Shown: positions 26,908 through 37,325 of the stretch, piece after piece
Layout of the letters: each line of letters opens with the position of its first letter
Position numbering within the stretch: position 1 is the stretch's first letter
NCBI GenBank assembly: GCA_036149055.1
Contig: JAYZQJ010000001.1
Location: 1 to 53,257, forward strand
Origin: Myxococcota bacterium
GTDB lineage: Bacteria; Myxococcota_A; Polyangia; Polyangiales; Sandaracinaceae
DNA length: 53,257 nucleotides
Direction of reading: 5' to 3'
The notes under the pieces: model-generated
Told to the model about the DNA's origin: nothing
Database searches by the model: none
Seen by the model: only the letters and a program-made list of their open reading frames with translations
Made by a program: the position numbers and the translations under genes

Positions 26908-27843
26908 ATGCGGATCGTCTTCGTCATGGATCCCCCGTCGACCGTGCTCGTCGACGAGGACACCTCCTTCGCCCTGATGCTCGCCGCCCAGAGCCGCGGC
27001 CACCGGGTGGATCACTGCATGGCCCAGGAGCTCTGGCTCCGCGGCGGCACGGCCGGCGCCCGGGTGCGGCGCGCGACCTGTCAGCGCGACCCCAAGAACC
27101 CGATCACGCTCGGCGAGCCGGAGGACCTCGACCTCGCCGACGCCGACGTGGTCTTCGTGCGCAAGGACCCGCCCTTCGACGACGACTACCTCTGGGCGAC
27201 CCAGATCCTCGAGCACGTGCGCGGGCAGACCCTGGTGGTCAACGATCCGCGGGGCCTGCGGGACGCGAACGAGAAGATCTACGCGACCTACTTCCCGGCG
27301 CTGATGCCGGACACCCTGATCGCCAACGACAAGGCGCGCATCAAGGCGTTCGTGAAGGAGGTCGGCGGCCGCGCGGTGATCAAGCCGCTCAGCGGCGCGG
27401 GCGGCGAGGGCATCTTCGCGCTCACCGAGTCGGACCCGAACCTCAACGCCTGCATCGAGACGGTGACCCGCGGCGGCAAGCGCCTGGCGATGGCCCAGGC
27501 CTTCCTGCCGGACGTGACCAAGGGCGACAAGCGCATCCTCCTGCTCGACGGCGAGCCGCTCGGCGCGATCCTCCGGGTGCCGCAGGGCGGGGACCTCCGC
27601 AGCAACATTCACGTGGGCGGCCGGGTGGACGCGGCCGAGCTCGACGACGCCGACCGGGCGATCATCGAGGCGGTGGCCCCGCGGCTGAAGGCGGACGGGC
27701 TCTACTTCGTCGGCCTCGACGTGATCGGCGGCAAGCTCACCGAGGTCAACGTGACCAGCCCGACCGGCATCCAGCAGGCCTCGCGCCTCAGCGGGCGCGA
27801 CCTCGAGGCGAAGGTCGTCGACTGGCTCGAAGCGAAGGCGTGA
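26908..27843 (+). CDS. gshB: Glutathione synthetase
   Basis: MRIVFVMDP, DTSFALMLAAQ.RG, RKDPPFD, VVNDPRGLRDANEK, GDKRILL, RSNIHVGG, GLDVIG..LTEVNVTSPTG. Confidence 0.97.
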   Translation: MRIVFVMDPPSTVLVDEDTSFALMLAAQSRGHRVDHCMAQELWLRGGTAGARVRRATCQRDPKNPITLGEPEDLDLADADVVFVRKDPPFDDDYLWATQILEHVRGQTLVVNDPRGLRDANEKIYATYFPALMPDTLIANDKARIKAFVKEVGGRAVIKPLSGAGGEGIFALTESDPNLNACIETVTRGGKRLAMAQAFLPDVTKGDKRILLLDGEPLGAILRVPQGGDLRSNIHVGGRVDAAELDDADRAIIEAVAPRLKADGLYFVGLDVIGGKLTEVNVTSPTGIQQASRLSGRDLEAKVVDWLEAKA

Positions 27844-28586
27844 TCGCCGAGTCCGACGCGCTGGTGCTCGGCTGGGCCGGCTCCAGCGAGCGCCAGGTCC
27901 GCGGCATGGCCAGCTTCTACGAGCGGGCCGGCGCCCGGGTGATCACCGCCCGGGCCGACGTGCTCCGGGCGATGGGCCTCCCCCACGGCTGGCGCGAGGA
28001 GGGCGAGCGCCTCGCGCCCCGCCTGCGCGGCGAGCGCCCCCTGATCGTGCACCTCTTCAGCAACGCCGGCTTCTGGCTCTGGGCCGCGACCCTCGAGGCG
28101 ATGCGGCCCGAGGACCGCGCGCGGGTGTCGGCGGTGATTCTGGACTCGGCCCCCGGGGTGCCGCCCCGGATCGAGCCCGGCTTCTACGCGAAGTACAGCG
28201 CCCGGGCGATGATGCCGCTGGTGCTCGCGGGTCTCGGCCGCCGGCCGCGGTTGACTCACCCGGTGCTGACCCCGCCGCTCTGGGCGTTCATGCGGCTCTG
28301 GTATCACCTGAGCGGCCCTCAGATCCGGTTCGCCGAGCGCTCGCTCGAGATCGTGGCCGGCGTCGACGCCCCGCACCTGCTCCTCTACACCGAGGACGAC
28401 TCGCTGGTGAGACCGGTGCACGTGGAGGCCTTCGCCCGCCGCCTCGGCGACCGGGCTCGGAAGATGCGCTTCGAGACCGGTGGGCACGTCCGGGCGGCGC
28501 TGGTGCACCGGCACCGCTACTGGCCGCGGGTCGAGGCCTTCCTGGCCGACGCGCTGGCCGCCTCCGAGCCCTCTCCCGGCCACTAG
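27840..28586 (+). CDS. DUF829/TMEM53-like alpha/beta-hydrolase-fold protein
   Basis: GTGA overlap with gshB; LGWAG, HLFSNAG, ILDSAPG, LLYTEDDSLV, HV..L.H..RYW..V..FL. Confidence 0.75.
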   Translation: MIAESDALVLGWAGSSERQVRGMASFYERAGARVITARADVLRAMGLPHGWREEGERLAPRLRGERPLIVHLFSNAGFWLWAATLEAMRPEDRARVSAVILDSAPGVPPRIEPGFYAKYSARAMMPLVLAGLGRRPRLTHPVLTPPLWAFMRLWYHLSGPQIRFAERSLEIVAGVDAPHLLLYTEDDSLVRPVHVEAFARRLGDRARKMRFETGGHVRAALVHRHRYWPRVEAFLADALAASEPSPGH

Positions 28587-28624
28587 ACCCGCCGCCAGCG
28601 AGCCCGAGGCCCCTACGGCGGGCG

Positions 28625-28640
28625 TGGATCGGTGGTTGCA
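28625..28640 (+). promoter_or_regulatory. sigma54-like promoter of the PLD lipoprotein gene
   Basis: TGGATCG-GTGG-TTGCA, 13 nt before the ATG; same motif and spacing as upstream of 3608. Confidence 0.45.
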
Positions 28641-28653
28641 GACCGAGACCGCC

Positions 28654-30408
28654 ATGGCGAAGCGCGCGCTCGGTCTTCTGATGACGGTTCTGGCCCTGAC
28701 GGGCTGCGTGGCGGAGATGGACTCTCCGGACGGGATCGACGAGGTCGGCCTCGTCCCGGGCGGCAAGGCCGACGGGAGCGACTACGGAGCCTGCGAGCTC
28801 GGCGCGGTCGTCGACTGGCTCAACGAGGGTCCCAGCGTCGATACGCTGAAGGAGGCGGGCGTGCACACCCGCGCCGCCCGCAACCTGGTGGCCCACCGGG
28901 ACGGCGAGGACGGCGTCTTCGGCACCGCCGACGACGATCTCTTCGACGACATCCGCGAGGTCGACGACGTGAGCTGGGTGGGCCCGGTGGCCCTGCGGCA
29001 GCTGGTCGAGGCGCGGGCCGACGTCTGCGCGGCCGCGCCGGCCGCCGCCGAGGTGATCTTCTCGCCCCAGGCCTACGACGAGAGCCACCTCGCCCGCATG
29101 GTCGAGCTGATCGACGCCTCCGAGCGCTCGATCGACATCGCGATGTACAGCTACCGCGACGGCGCCATCGGCGACGCGCTCGAGCGGGCGGTGGCCCGGG
29201 GCGTGACCATCCGCATGATCTTCGAGAAGGCCAACGACGACCGCCGGGACCCGGCCGGCACCGCGAGCGCCCGGCTCGAGGACGCGGGGATCGAGGTCCG
29301 CTACGTCAACAAGATCATGCACCACAAGTTCGCGATCTTCGACGGGCCGCGCGCGGACCTCGGGTACGCGGACGAGGCCACCCTGGCGAGCGGCAGCGGC
29401 AACTGGTCGAACAGCGCGGCCACCCGCTACGACGAGAACACGCTGATCACGGTCGGCAACGCCGAGCTCAACCTCCGCTTCCAGCGCGAGTTCAACCACC
29501 TCTGGGACCACGGCCGTCACTTCGTCTGGAACGAGTCCATCGAGACGGTGCCCCACGTCGCGATCACCGACGCCGACATCCCCGACGACCCCGCGGTCGA
29601 CGCGATCTTCACCAGCGCCAACTTCCGCACCTACGACTCCTCGCGCTACGGGCCGACCTTCAGCGTGATCCGCGGCGAGAACGAGGTCTCGGATCGCTGG
29701 GTCGAGCTCATCCGCGGCGCGCGCCGCAGCATCCGCATCGCCAGCGGGCACCTGCGCAGCCGCCCCATCTCCGAGGCGCTGATCGAGGCCGCCCGCGCCA
29801 ACCCCGAGCTCGACGTGCGCGTCTACCTCGACGGCCAGGAGTACCTGAGCGAGTGGGGCCACGACGCCCAGGAGCGCGACCTCGAGGCCTGCCTGATGGA
29901 CGCCGCCGGCAGCGACGCGCGCACCCAGGACTGCATGGATCGCGGCTTCCTCTTCAGCTACCAGCTCCACCAGGAGGGCGTGCCCGTCCGCTTCAAGTAC
30001 TACGCCTACCGCTGGGACTACTCCTACGCCGAGCAGATGCACCACAAGTACATGGTCGTGGACGACGAGATCCTGATCACGGGCAGCTACAACCTCAGCG
30101 ACAACGCCGAGCACAACACGATGGAGAACGACACGGTCCTCCGCGGGCCGGCGTTCCAGGGCGTGATCGACGCCTACATCGACAACTTCGACGCGCTCTG
30201 GGTGACCGGCGAGGAGCTGGGGCTCTTCGCCTCGCTGATGGACGAGATCGAGACCGGCGCCGGCGACTTCCCCATCGTGTTCGACGCGATGGCGCTCGAC
30301 TGGGATCAGGTCACCGCGCTCAAGCAGACCATCCGCGACCACTGCCCGCTGATCAACAGCGCCGAGTACCGAGAGAACGCCGCGCGCCACCGCTACTGCG
30401 ACCGCTGA
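28654..30408 (+). CDS. Lipoprotein with an HhH/ComEA-like region and two HKD phospholipase D/nuclease domains
   Basis: Lipobox LTGC, GGKADG; AARNLVAHR...FDDIREVDDVSWVGP (HhH-like); HHKFAIFD..GSGNWS and HHKYMVVD..GSYNLS. Confidence 0.85.
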   Translation: MAKRALGLLMTVLALTGCVAEMDSPDGIDEVGLVPGGKADGSDYGACELGAVVDWLNEGPSVDTLKEAGVHTRAARNLVAHRDGEDGVFGTADDDLFDDIREVDDVSWVGPVALRQLVEARADVCAAAPAAAEVIFSPQAYDESHLARMVELIDASERSIDIAMYSYRDGAIGDALERAVARGVTIRMIFEKANDDRRDPAGTASARLEDAGIEVRYVNKIMHHKFAIFDGPRADLGYADEATLASGSGNWSNSAATRYDENTLITVGNAELNLRFQREFNHLWDHGRHFVWNESIETVPHVAITDADIPDDPAVDAIFTSANFRTYDSSRYGPTFSVIRGENEVSDRWVELIRGARRSIRIASGHLRSRPISEALIEAARANPELDVRVYLDGQEYLSEWGHDAQERDLEACLMDAAGSDARTQDCMDRGFLFSYQLHQEGVPVRFKYYAYRWDYSYAEQMHHKYMVVDDEILITGSYNLSDNAEHNTMENDTVLRGPAFQGVIDAYIDNFDALWVTGEELGLFASLMDEIETGAGDFPIVFDAMALDWDQVTALKQTIRDHCPLINSAEYRENAARHRYCDR

Positions 30409-30430
30409 AGAGCGGGAGTAGACTTGGCGC

Positions 30431-31723
30431 GTGCGGTGGATCCTCCTCTCGGCGCTCTGGGCGACGGGCTGCGGCCTGACGCTCGATCTCGACCCTCCCG
30501 ATCCGCCGCCCGACGCGAGCGGCCTCGACGCCGGCGTCCGGGACGCGGCGCCCGAGACCGACGCGGGGGAGTGCGCGGCCCGCCCCGACGGGAGCCGCTG
30601 CGCCGGAGGCTTCTGCGTCGACGGGGCGTGCGCGCCGAGCGTGTGCGGCGACGGGATCGTCGACCCCGACGCCGGGGAGCAGTGCGAGGGCGGCGAGGCC
30701 TGCGAGGCCTGCCGCTTCGTCTGCGACTGCCCGGACCTCGTCGCTCCCTGCCTCGTCGAGCTGACCTGCGAGTCGGATCGCTGCGCCCCGGTCTGGGCGC
30801 CGGACGGAGCCGTCTGCGGCGAGGAGGCGGGCATCGACGGCGAGTGCCGCGGCGGGCGCTGCATCCCGGACGGCTGCGGCGACGGAGTCATCGAGGGCGT
30901 CGAGGAGTGCGACGACGGCAACGATCGCCCCGCCGACGGGTGCGAGATCGACTGCACCTTCACGTGTCACGAGGACGCCGACTGCGACGACGGCGACGTC
31001 TGCGACGGCGAGGAGCGCTGCGTCACGCTGAGCGACCCGGAGGTCGGGGTCATCGCCCGGCAGTGCACCGACGGCGCGCCCCTCGAGCTCGGCCCGTGTG
31101 AGGCCTGCGATCCCGACCGGGGCCCGTACGTGCCCGACGCGGACGGAGACGGCTTCGCGGGGCCCGACGCGCCGAGCGGCTGCCGCACCCTCGACTGCGA
31201 CGACGCCAACCCCGCGGTGAGCCCGGGCGCGACCGAGGTCTGCGACGGCCTCGACAACGACTGTGACGGCAGCGTCGACGACGGGAGCGACCCGGTGATC
31301 TGCGCCCCGGACCGGGACGGCGACGGCTGGGCGGGCACCGAGGCCGGCACGACCGCGCCCGGCTGCGCCGACTGCCCGCCCGGGACGGCTCCGGTGCGCT
31401 CGGTCGGCGCCGACTGCTGGGACGTGCCCGACAGCTTCGGGCCGAGGGTGAACCCGGCCCAGACCGGCTTCTTCCCCTTCCCCTTCTGCGACGCCGCCGA
31501 TCCGCGCTGCAGCCAGGGCTTCGACTGGAACTGCGACGGCACGGTCGAGCGCCAGCTGGAGCGCGAGGTCGACTGCGACAGCCTCCGGATCCGGGGCTGC
31601 CGCGGCGACGGCTGGCAGGGCGGCGTGCCCGACTGCGGCGACGCCGCCCCCTTCGTGACCTGCGAGCCCCGCGTGCTGTTCTGCGGCTCCAGCCGCGACA
31701 CGGCCACCCAGTCCTGCCGCTGA
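30431..31723 (+). CDS. Cys-rich lipoprotein (Myxococcus Cys-rich repeats plus MopE-like putative metal-binding repeat)
   Basis: Lipobox ATGC; CGDG.I...EECDDGN; DCDDANPAVSPGATEVCDGLDNDCDG. Confidence 0.85.
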   Translation: MRWILLSALWATGCGLTLDLDPPDPPPDASGLDAGVRDAAPETDAGECAARPDGSRCAGGFCVDGACAPSVCGDGIVDPDAGEQCEGGEACEACRFVCDCPDLVAPCLVELTCESDRCAPVWAPDGAVCGEEAGIDGECRGGRCIPDGCGDGVIEGVEECDDGNDRPADGCEIDCTFTCHEDADCDDGDVCDGEERCVTLSDPEVGVIARQCTDGAPLELGPCEACDPDRGPYVPDADGDGFAGPDAPSGCRTLDCDDANPAVSPGATEVCDGLDNDCDGSVDDGSDPVICAPDRDGDGWAGTEAGTTAPGCADCPPGTAPVRSVGADCWDVPDSFGPRVNPAQTGFFPFPFCDAADPRCSQGFDWNCDGTVERQLEREVDCDSLRIRGCRGDGWQGGVPDCGDAAPFVTCEPRVLFCGSSRDTATQSCR

Positions 31724-31767
31724 GCGTTGACACTCCCGCGCCCGGGGGGCTAAGGCCGGCGGGCGAG

Positions 31768-33834
31768 GTGAACGTGCCGACGAACGCGAAGATCTGGATC
31801 TCCCTTGTTCTCGTCCTCTCGATGGGCTGCGGGCCCACCGCGCTGCGCGGTCAGTCCGCCGGGCCGTCGCTCTCTCTCGGGGGGCAAGCGAGCCGCCGGG
31901 TCGAGACGCTGACCGACCTCGAGGAGGTGCGGGACGTGCTCGTGCGGGACACGGGGGACGTCTACGTCGCCACCGACGCGGGCCTCTTCCTCCACCCCGC
32001 CGACGGCATGGCCCCGGCGCTGGTCGAGGGCCTGCCCAGCGACGACGTGCGCGGGCTGGTGGACGACGAGGGCGCGGTCCTGGTGGCGACCAGCCGCGGG
32101 CTCGCCCGGATCGCCGACGGCCAGGTCACCCCGCTCGAGGGCGCGCCCCGGATCGGGCACCTGACGGACATGAAGGAGGCGGCCGACGGCACCGTCTGGC
32201 TCTGCGGGCTCGGCGGCGTGGCCCGGCAGGCGGAGGGCGGCGGCTGGGAGATCTTCGGCGATCCGGTTCGCTGCACCGGCCTCGCGCCGACGCCCGAGGG
32301 GCAGATCTGGGTCGGCACCACCTCGGGGCTCTGGTACGTCGAGGGCGACGTCACCCGCGAGCACCCGATCAGCGGCGGCATGCCCGAGGGCTACGTCCGC
32401 TCGGTCGTCCCGGTGCTCCCGGGCCAGATCATGGCGCTGCTCCAGGGCCCGAACGACGCGCAGATCGGCTTCTGGGACGGCGAGCGCTGGTACGGCTACA
32501 CGATCCGCGGCCTCGAGGGGCAGGCGGCGAGCCTGATCCGCCGCGGCAACGACGTCCTGCTCATCAGCCAGGATCAGGTCATCGCGATCGCGCCGCGCGG
32601 GGAGGGCGTGCCGCTCGAGCCGCTCTCCAGCACCGAGGGCACCGTGCGGAGCTTCCGCCCGGCCATCCAGCCGGCGGCGGAGCACCAGCCGGGCGAGCTG
32701 CCCAACCCGGAGGTGCTCGAGGAGCCGAAGCGCCTCGCCGACATCCCGGCCAACCGTCCCACGATCCAGGCGCCGCCCTTCCGGGCCCGGGTGCTCGACG
32801 TGGAGCTGCCGGGCCGCGCCTACCGCGCGCTCGTCCGCGGGCCCGATGCCTTCCTCGCGATCGCGAACCAGGGCGTGATGCAGCTCCCCGGCGACGGCCG
32901 GCCGCCGCGCTTCTTCCGCACCCGCACGCTGGTGCCGGAGGAGGACATGCAGATCGCGACCGACGGCGCCGGCACGGTGTGGACGATCTCGCGTGAGGGC
33001 CACCTCGCGAAGATGGTCAACGGCCGCCTCCGCCGGGTGCGCCTGCCCGAGGGCTACGTCGCCCAGGCGGTGGCGAACGGCCCGGCGGGCGCGTACCTCG
33101 CGGCGCTGAAGCCGAGCGTCGGCCCGAACACGGTGCAGATCTTCTCGAACGCGGGGCGCGGCTGGACGGAGCTCGCCGAGCGCACCCTCGAGGTGCCGAC
33201 CGAGCTGGTCGGCGTGCCCTTCATGGGCGTCGATCAGGACGGCCACGTGTGGCTCGCGATCGAGATCCAGCGCGAGACCGGCGCGGGCACCCGGGTGCGC
33301 GGCGCGGCGGTCGTCGACCCCGGCCAGGAGGCGGTCGTCTACCACCACCGCGGCGCCGACCGGGAGGCGGGTGGCCTGCCGCTGCCGGACGAGATCAGCG
33401 CGGTCGACTTCGACACCGACAACGCGTGGTTCGCGAGCCTGAGCGGGCTGGTGCGGGTCGGCTCGAGCCAGGCGGTGACGTTCGGGGAGGCCCGCGGGGT
33501 GCGCGGCGAGGTGGTCACCGACGCGGTGGTCGGCAGCGGCATCATCTGGGTCGCGGCCGCCGAGGGCCTCGGGAGCTACGACCGCAACGAGTTCAGCTTC
33601 GCGGCGCAGCCGGAGCTGGTGCAGGACGCGCGGCCGACGAAGCTCGCGATGGACCTGGTCGGCCACCTCTGGATCGCGAGCCCGCGCGGCCTGATCCTGC
33701 ACGAGGGCGAGGAGTGGCTGATGCTCGATCAGGACGACGGCCTGCCGGTCACCGAGCTCCGCGACGTCGAGGTCGACGGCGGCGGCCGCGTGTGGCTCCT
33801 CGCCGAGGACCGCGTGATGCTGCTCTCGCGTTGA
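31768..33834 (+). CDS. Lipoprotein with two-component-regulator-type beta-propeller repeats
   Basis: Lipobox SMGC; repeated D..G.VW(V/I)(A/G)T..GL and GLPSDDV / DGLPVTEL motifs. Confidence 0.75.
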   Translation: MNVPTNAKIWISLVLVLSMGCGPTALRGQSAGPSLSLGGQASRRVETLTDLEEVRDVLVRDTGDVYVATDAGLFLHPADGMAPALVEGLPSDDVRGLVDDEGAVLVATSRGLARIADGQVTPLEGAPRIGHLTDMKEAADGTVWLCGLGGVARQAEGGGWEIFGDPVRCTGLAPTPEGQIWVGTTSGLWYVEGDVTREHPISGGMPEGYVRSVVPVLPGQIMALLQGPNDAQIGFWDGERWYGYTIRGLEGQAASLIRRGNDVLLISQDQVIAIAPRGEGVPLEPLSSTEGTVRSFRPAIQPAAEHQPGELPNPEVLEEPKRLADIPANRPTIQAPPFRARVLDVELPGRAYRALVRGPDAFLAIANQGVMQLPGDGRPPRFFRTRTLVPEEDMQIATDGAGTVWTISREGHLAKMVNGRLRRVRLPEGYVAQAVANGPAGAYLAALKPSVGPNTVQIFSNAGRGWTELAERTLEVPTELVGVPFMGVDQDGHVWLAIEIQRETGAGTRVRGAAVVDPGQEAVVYHHRGADREAGGLPLPDEISAVDFDTDNAWFASLSGLVRVGSSQAVTFGEARGVRGEVVTDAVVGSGIIWVAAAEGLGSYDRNEFSFAAQPELVQDARPTKLAMDLVGHLWIASPRGLILHEGEEWLMLDQDDGLPVTELRDVEVDGGGRVWLLAEDRVMLLSR

Positions 33835-33900
33835 AGTCGGTGTGCGGGCTGCGGTCCGAGGCGCGATGCACGTCTTGACGGCCTCCGCTACCCTGGAGGC

Positions 33901-34629
33901 ATGACTCGCTTTGCCTTCACGCTGATCATCTTCACCGGCCTCGCCTGCTCCTCCCCCACCGGGGACATCGAGTTCGAGGAGGAGGAGTGTGCTCCGGTCG
34001 ACGGCCCGGCCTGCCCGGCCGCCGACCAGGAGCGCCCGAGGGTGCGCGGCGTCGGTCCGCCCGGACTCTTCCAGGGCCCGGTCCTCTTCGTGGACGACGG
34101 CTACCTCCAGGTCCAGGGGCCGGAGACCGTCCACTGGCTGGTGGCGCCCGGGGCCACGCGCGACGAGCTCGCGCCCTACGACGACCTCCTCGTGCTCGTC
34201 GACGCCTCGGACCCCGAGGCCCAGACGGTGACCGCGCAGGACGACGGCCGCCTCATCCTCGCCACGGACGGGCCGACCCCGATGCCCGCCGACGGGAGCC
34301 TGCCGGAGACCCCGCCCCGCCTCCTCGAGCTGGGAGGCTGGACCCTCACCGGGGTCGAGCGGCGCTGCGGCTGGGCGCACGAATACTACGCGTCCTTCTG
34401 CCCGCCGCACCTCTACGGCGTCTACGACCTGCTGCTCACCCACGAGAGCGGGGAGACCGCGCGGCTCGCCCAGGGGGAGACGCTGACGCTCGAGGGGTCG
34501 TATGGCACCTACCGCGCGTTCCTGCGCGAGGCGACCCAGCTCGAGGACGACGTCGGCGGGGGCTGCTCCCGCTGCTCCGACCTGCCGACCTACGGCATCG
34601 ATCTCGTCTACGTGCGCATCTCGGGGTGA
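33901..34629 (+). CDS. Hypothetical lipoprotein
   Basis: Lipobox GLAC; typical codon bias. Confidence 0.7.
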   Translation: MTRFAFTLIIFTGLACSSPTGDIEFEEEECAPVDGPACPAADQERPRVRGVGPPGLFQGPVLFVDDGYLQVQGPETVHWLVAPGATRDELAPYDDLLVLVDASDPEAQTVTAQDDGRLILATDGPTPMPADGSLPETPPRLLELGGWTLTGVERRCGWAHEYYASFCPPHLYGVYDLLLTHESGETARLAQGETLTLEGSYGTYRAFLREATQLEDDVGGGCSRCSDLPTYGIDLVYVRISG

Positions 34630-34633
34630 TCGA

Positions 34634-36427
34634 TCACCTCCCCAGGAACTCGAGGGCGCTGGCCCGCAGCGCGGCCGGGTCGGTGACCGGCATCGAGCAG
34701 GCCTCGCTGGTGCAGAGGAAGATCGCTGGCTCGCCGGGGTAGGGGTAGCGGCTCTGTCCCGGCCGGCCGAGCTCGACCAGGCGGGTCGGCTCGTAGAGCG
34801 CGATCGCGGCCCGGTGGAGCGCCTCGGTGCGCGGGTCCTCGGGGCCGACCACGCTGAGCAGCACGTAGCCGGCGTCGAGCGCCTCGAGCGCGAGCAGGTA
34901 CTCGCCGACCATGCGGCCGAGGGAGCGCAGCTCGGCCGGTCGCGCGCTCGCCCGCAGCGCGGCCACCGCCGCCTCCCGGTAGCGCGCGTCGTCCTTCAGC
35001 CGCGAGAGCGTCAGGAGCGCCCGGGCCGCGACGCCGTTCTCCTCGATCGGCACCCGGCGGTCGGCGAAGAAGCCGGCCGCGCGCGGGTCGTCGGTGTGAG
35101 CGTGGAAGCCGCCGTCCTCGTCCTGGAGGGCGGCGATCATCGCGTCGGCCAGCCGCTCCGCCTCGTCCTCCCAGCGCGCCTGCCCGGTCGCCTCGTGCAG
35201 GGCGAGCCACGCCGCCAGCACGTGCGCCTGATCCTCCAGGTAGAAGAGCGGGTCGTCGCTCTCGGCGTCGTGACGGAAGAGGCCGGACTCGGCGCGGTGG
35301 GTCCGGAGGATGCGCTCGGCCGCGGTGAGCGCCTGCGACAGCGGGGCGCGCCGGCCCGAGGCGACGTGCAGATCGGCGAGCGCCTCGATGAGCATGCCGT
35401 TGGTCGAGGCGTAGACGTGGGTGTCGATCCGCGGGATCCCGAGGGCGCGCCGGCCGGCCTCGTCGAGCGCGTAGTACTCCCCGCCCGGCACGTGCGGGCC
35501 CGGCTGGCCGTGGCCCCCGAGGTCGGCGTCCTGCGCGGTGTAGAAGGCGCCGTCTTCGGCGCGGAGGAAGGCCTCCACGTAGCGGTGCACGTCGAAGGCG
35601 TGCTCGAGCCAGCGCGCCTCGCCGGTGACCCGGTAGGCCTCGCCGAACGCGCGCATCGCCCCGGCCTGCACGGGCACGATCTTCTCGAAGTGGGGCCGGT
35701 CCCAGACGTCCGGGACGGAGTACTGGTACATGCCGCCGAACACCGGATCGAGGAGCCGCGCGTACTGGGCCAGGCTCTCGAGCGCGCGCTCCCGCCAGAC
35801 GTCCTCGCCCCGCACCGCCGCCCGGAAGAAGGCGTGCTCGACCGGGGCCGCGAACGGGTAACGCTGCCGTCGCCCCCAGCCGCCCGCCTCCTCGTCGTAC
35901 ATGCCGTCGAGCTGCGCCCGCACCGCCGCGCGCACCGCGTCGAGATCCTCGGCCGGCGCCTCGCCCGCGCCCGCGTCGTCGTCGAGGGTGCGGCCGTCGG
36001 CGTGCGCCGCGATCACCTGCTCGAGGATGGCCCGGAAGCGCGCCGGCGGGCGGTAGCCGCGCAGCCCGAGGATCTGCTCGCCCTCGGGCGAGAGGAACAC
36101 CGTCGCCGGCCACGCGTAGCGCTGGTAGCGGTCGGCGAGATCGGGGCGGGCGTCCCCGTCGGCGCGGATGAGCACGAAGCGCTCGCCCAGCCGGCGCAGC
36201 ACCTCGGGATCGCGGTAGGTGACGTCGTTCATCACGTGGCACCAGTGGCACCACCCCGCCTGCACGCTGAGCAGGATCGGCTTGTCCTCGCGCCGCGCGC
36301 GCGCGAACGCCTCCTCGCTCCACTCGCTCCAGTCGGGGCCGCTCGAGACGTCGGCGGCCGAGCGGCTCGTGGCGGGGGCGCCGCCGCAGGCGGCGAGCAG
36401 CAGGCTGAGCGAGAGGAGGCGATGCAC
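34634..36427 (-). CDS. Thioredoxin-domain DUF255/YyaL (SSP411-like) lipoprotein
   Basis: Lipobox LAAC; EAFARARREDKPILL, WCHWCHVM, RPDLA..Y..WPATVFL, W..PHFEK, FYTAQDAD. Confidence 0.88.
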   Translation of the reverse strand: MHRLLSLSLLLAACGGAPATSRSAADVSSGPDWSEWSEEAFARARREDKPILLSVQAGWCHWCHVMNDVTYRDPEVLRRLGERFVLIRADGDARPDLADRYQRYAWPATVFLSPEGEQILGLRGYRPPARFRAILEQVIAAHADGRTLDDDAGAGEAPAEDLDAVRAAVRAQLDGMYDEEAGGWGRRQRYPFAAPVEHAFFRAAVRGEDVWRERALESLAQYARLLDPVFGGMYQYSVPDVWDRPHFEKIVPVQAGAMRAFGEAYRVTGEARWLEHAFDVHRYVEAFLRAEDGAFYTAQDADLGGHGQPGPHVPGGEYYALDEAGRRALGIPRIDTHVYASTNGMLIEALADLHVASGRRAPLSQALTAAERILRTHRAESGLFRHDAESDDPLFYLEDQAHVLAAWLALHEATGQARWEDEAERLADAMIAALQDEDGGFHAHTDDPRAAGFFADRRVPIEENGVAARALLTLSRLKDDARYREAAVAALRASARPAELRSLGRMVGEYLLALEALDAGYVLLSVVGPEDPRTEALHRAAIALYEPTRLVELGRPGQSRYPYPGEPAIFLCTSEACSMPVTDPAALRASALEFLGR

Positions 36428-36494
36428 GCCCCTTCGTACGAGCCACTCGCGCGAACGGTTTCCTTCCAGTAAGAGGCGGCCAGGGGAGGACGAC

Positions 36495-37322
36495 ATGACG
36501 GACGCATATCAGCACGTCGACGCGAACGGGATCCGCTTCGCTTACCTCGAGGAGGGTGAGGGCCCGCTGGTGCTCTTGATCCACGGCTTCCCCGACACCG
36601 CGCACACCTGGGACGACGTGCGTCCGCGCATCGCCGCCAAGGGCTACCGAGCCGTCGCCTACTTCCAGCGCGGCTACCACCCGAGCGGGATCCCGATGCG
36701 CGACCCCGACCAGGAGACCACGGCGCGCGACGCGCTCGCCCTCATCGAGGCCCTGGGCGAGGAGCGCGCGATCCTGATCGGGCACGACTGGGGCGCGAAC
36801 GCGGCCTACGGGGCGGCGGCGATCGGCGGGCCCGCGCGGGTGTCGAAGCTCTTCACCGTCGCCATCCCGCACCCGCTCGCGATCAAGCCGACCGTCTCGA
36901 AGGTCTGGGGCGTGCGGCACTTCTTCACCTACAAGCTCCCGGGCGCGGCCAGGCGCTTCGCCAAGGACGACTTCGCGACGCTGCGCGAGCTCTACGCGCG
37001 CTGGAACCCGAGCTGGGTCGACGTGCCGGAGTCGGAGCTCGAGCCGGTGAAGCGCGCGTTCTCGAACCCGGCCAGCCTCGAGGCGGCGCTCGGCTACTAC
37101 CGCACCCTCGGGCCGACCCCGCCGGCTTACCTGAAGAAGAAGATCGACGTGCCCACCGTGACCGTCGCCGGCACCGACGACCCGATCGCGGAGCTGAGCG
37201 ACTACGAGCGCGCCGAGCGCTGGTTCACCGCGGGCTACACCGTCGAGACCATGCCCGGCGGCCACTTCCTCCACCGCGAGCACCCGGACATCTTCGCCGA
37301 GAAGGTGCTCGCCCACCTCTGA
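36495..37322 (+). CDS. Alpha/beta hydrolase, epoxide-hydrolase-like
   Basis: GGAGGA RBS; HGFPD, GHDWGA, GHFLHRE. Confidence 0.9.
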   Translation: MTDAYQHVDANGIRFAYLEEGEGPLVLLIHGFPDTAHTWDDVRPRIAAKGYRAVAYFQRGYHPSGIPMRDPDQETTARDALALIEALGEERAILIGHDWGANAAYGAAAIGGPARVSKLFTVAIPHPLAIKPTVSKVWGVRHFFTYKLPGAARRFAKDDFATLRELYARWNPSWVDVPESELEPVKRAFSNPASLEAALGYYRTLGPTPPAYLKKKIDVPTVTVAGTDDPIAELSDYERAERWFTAGYTVETMPGGHFLHREHPDIFAEKVLAHL

Positions 37323-37325
37323 TCG

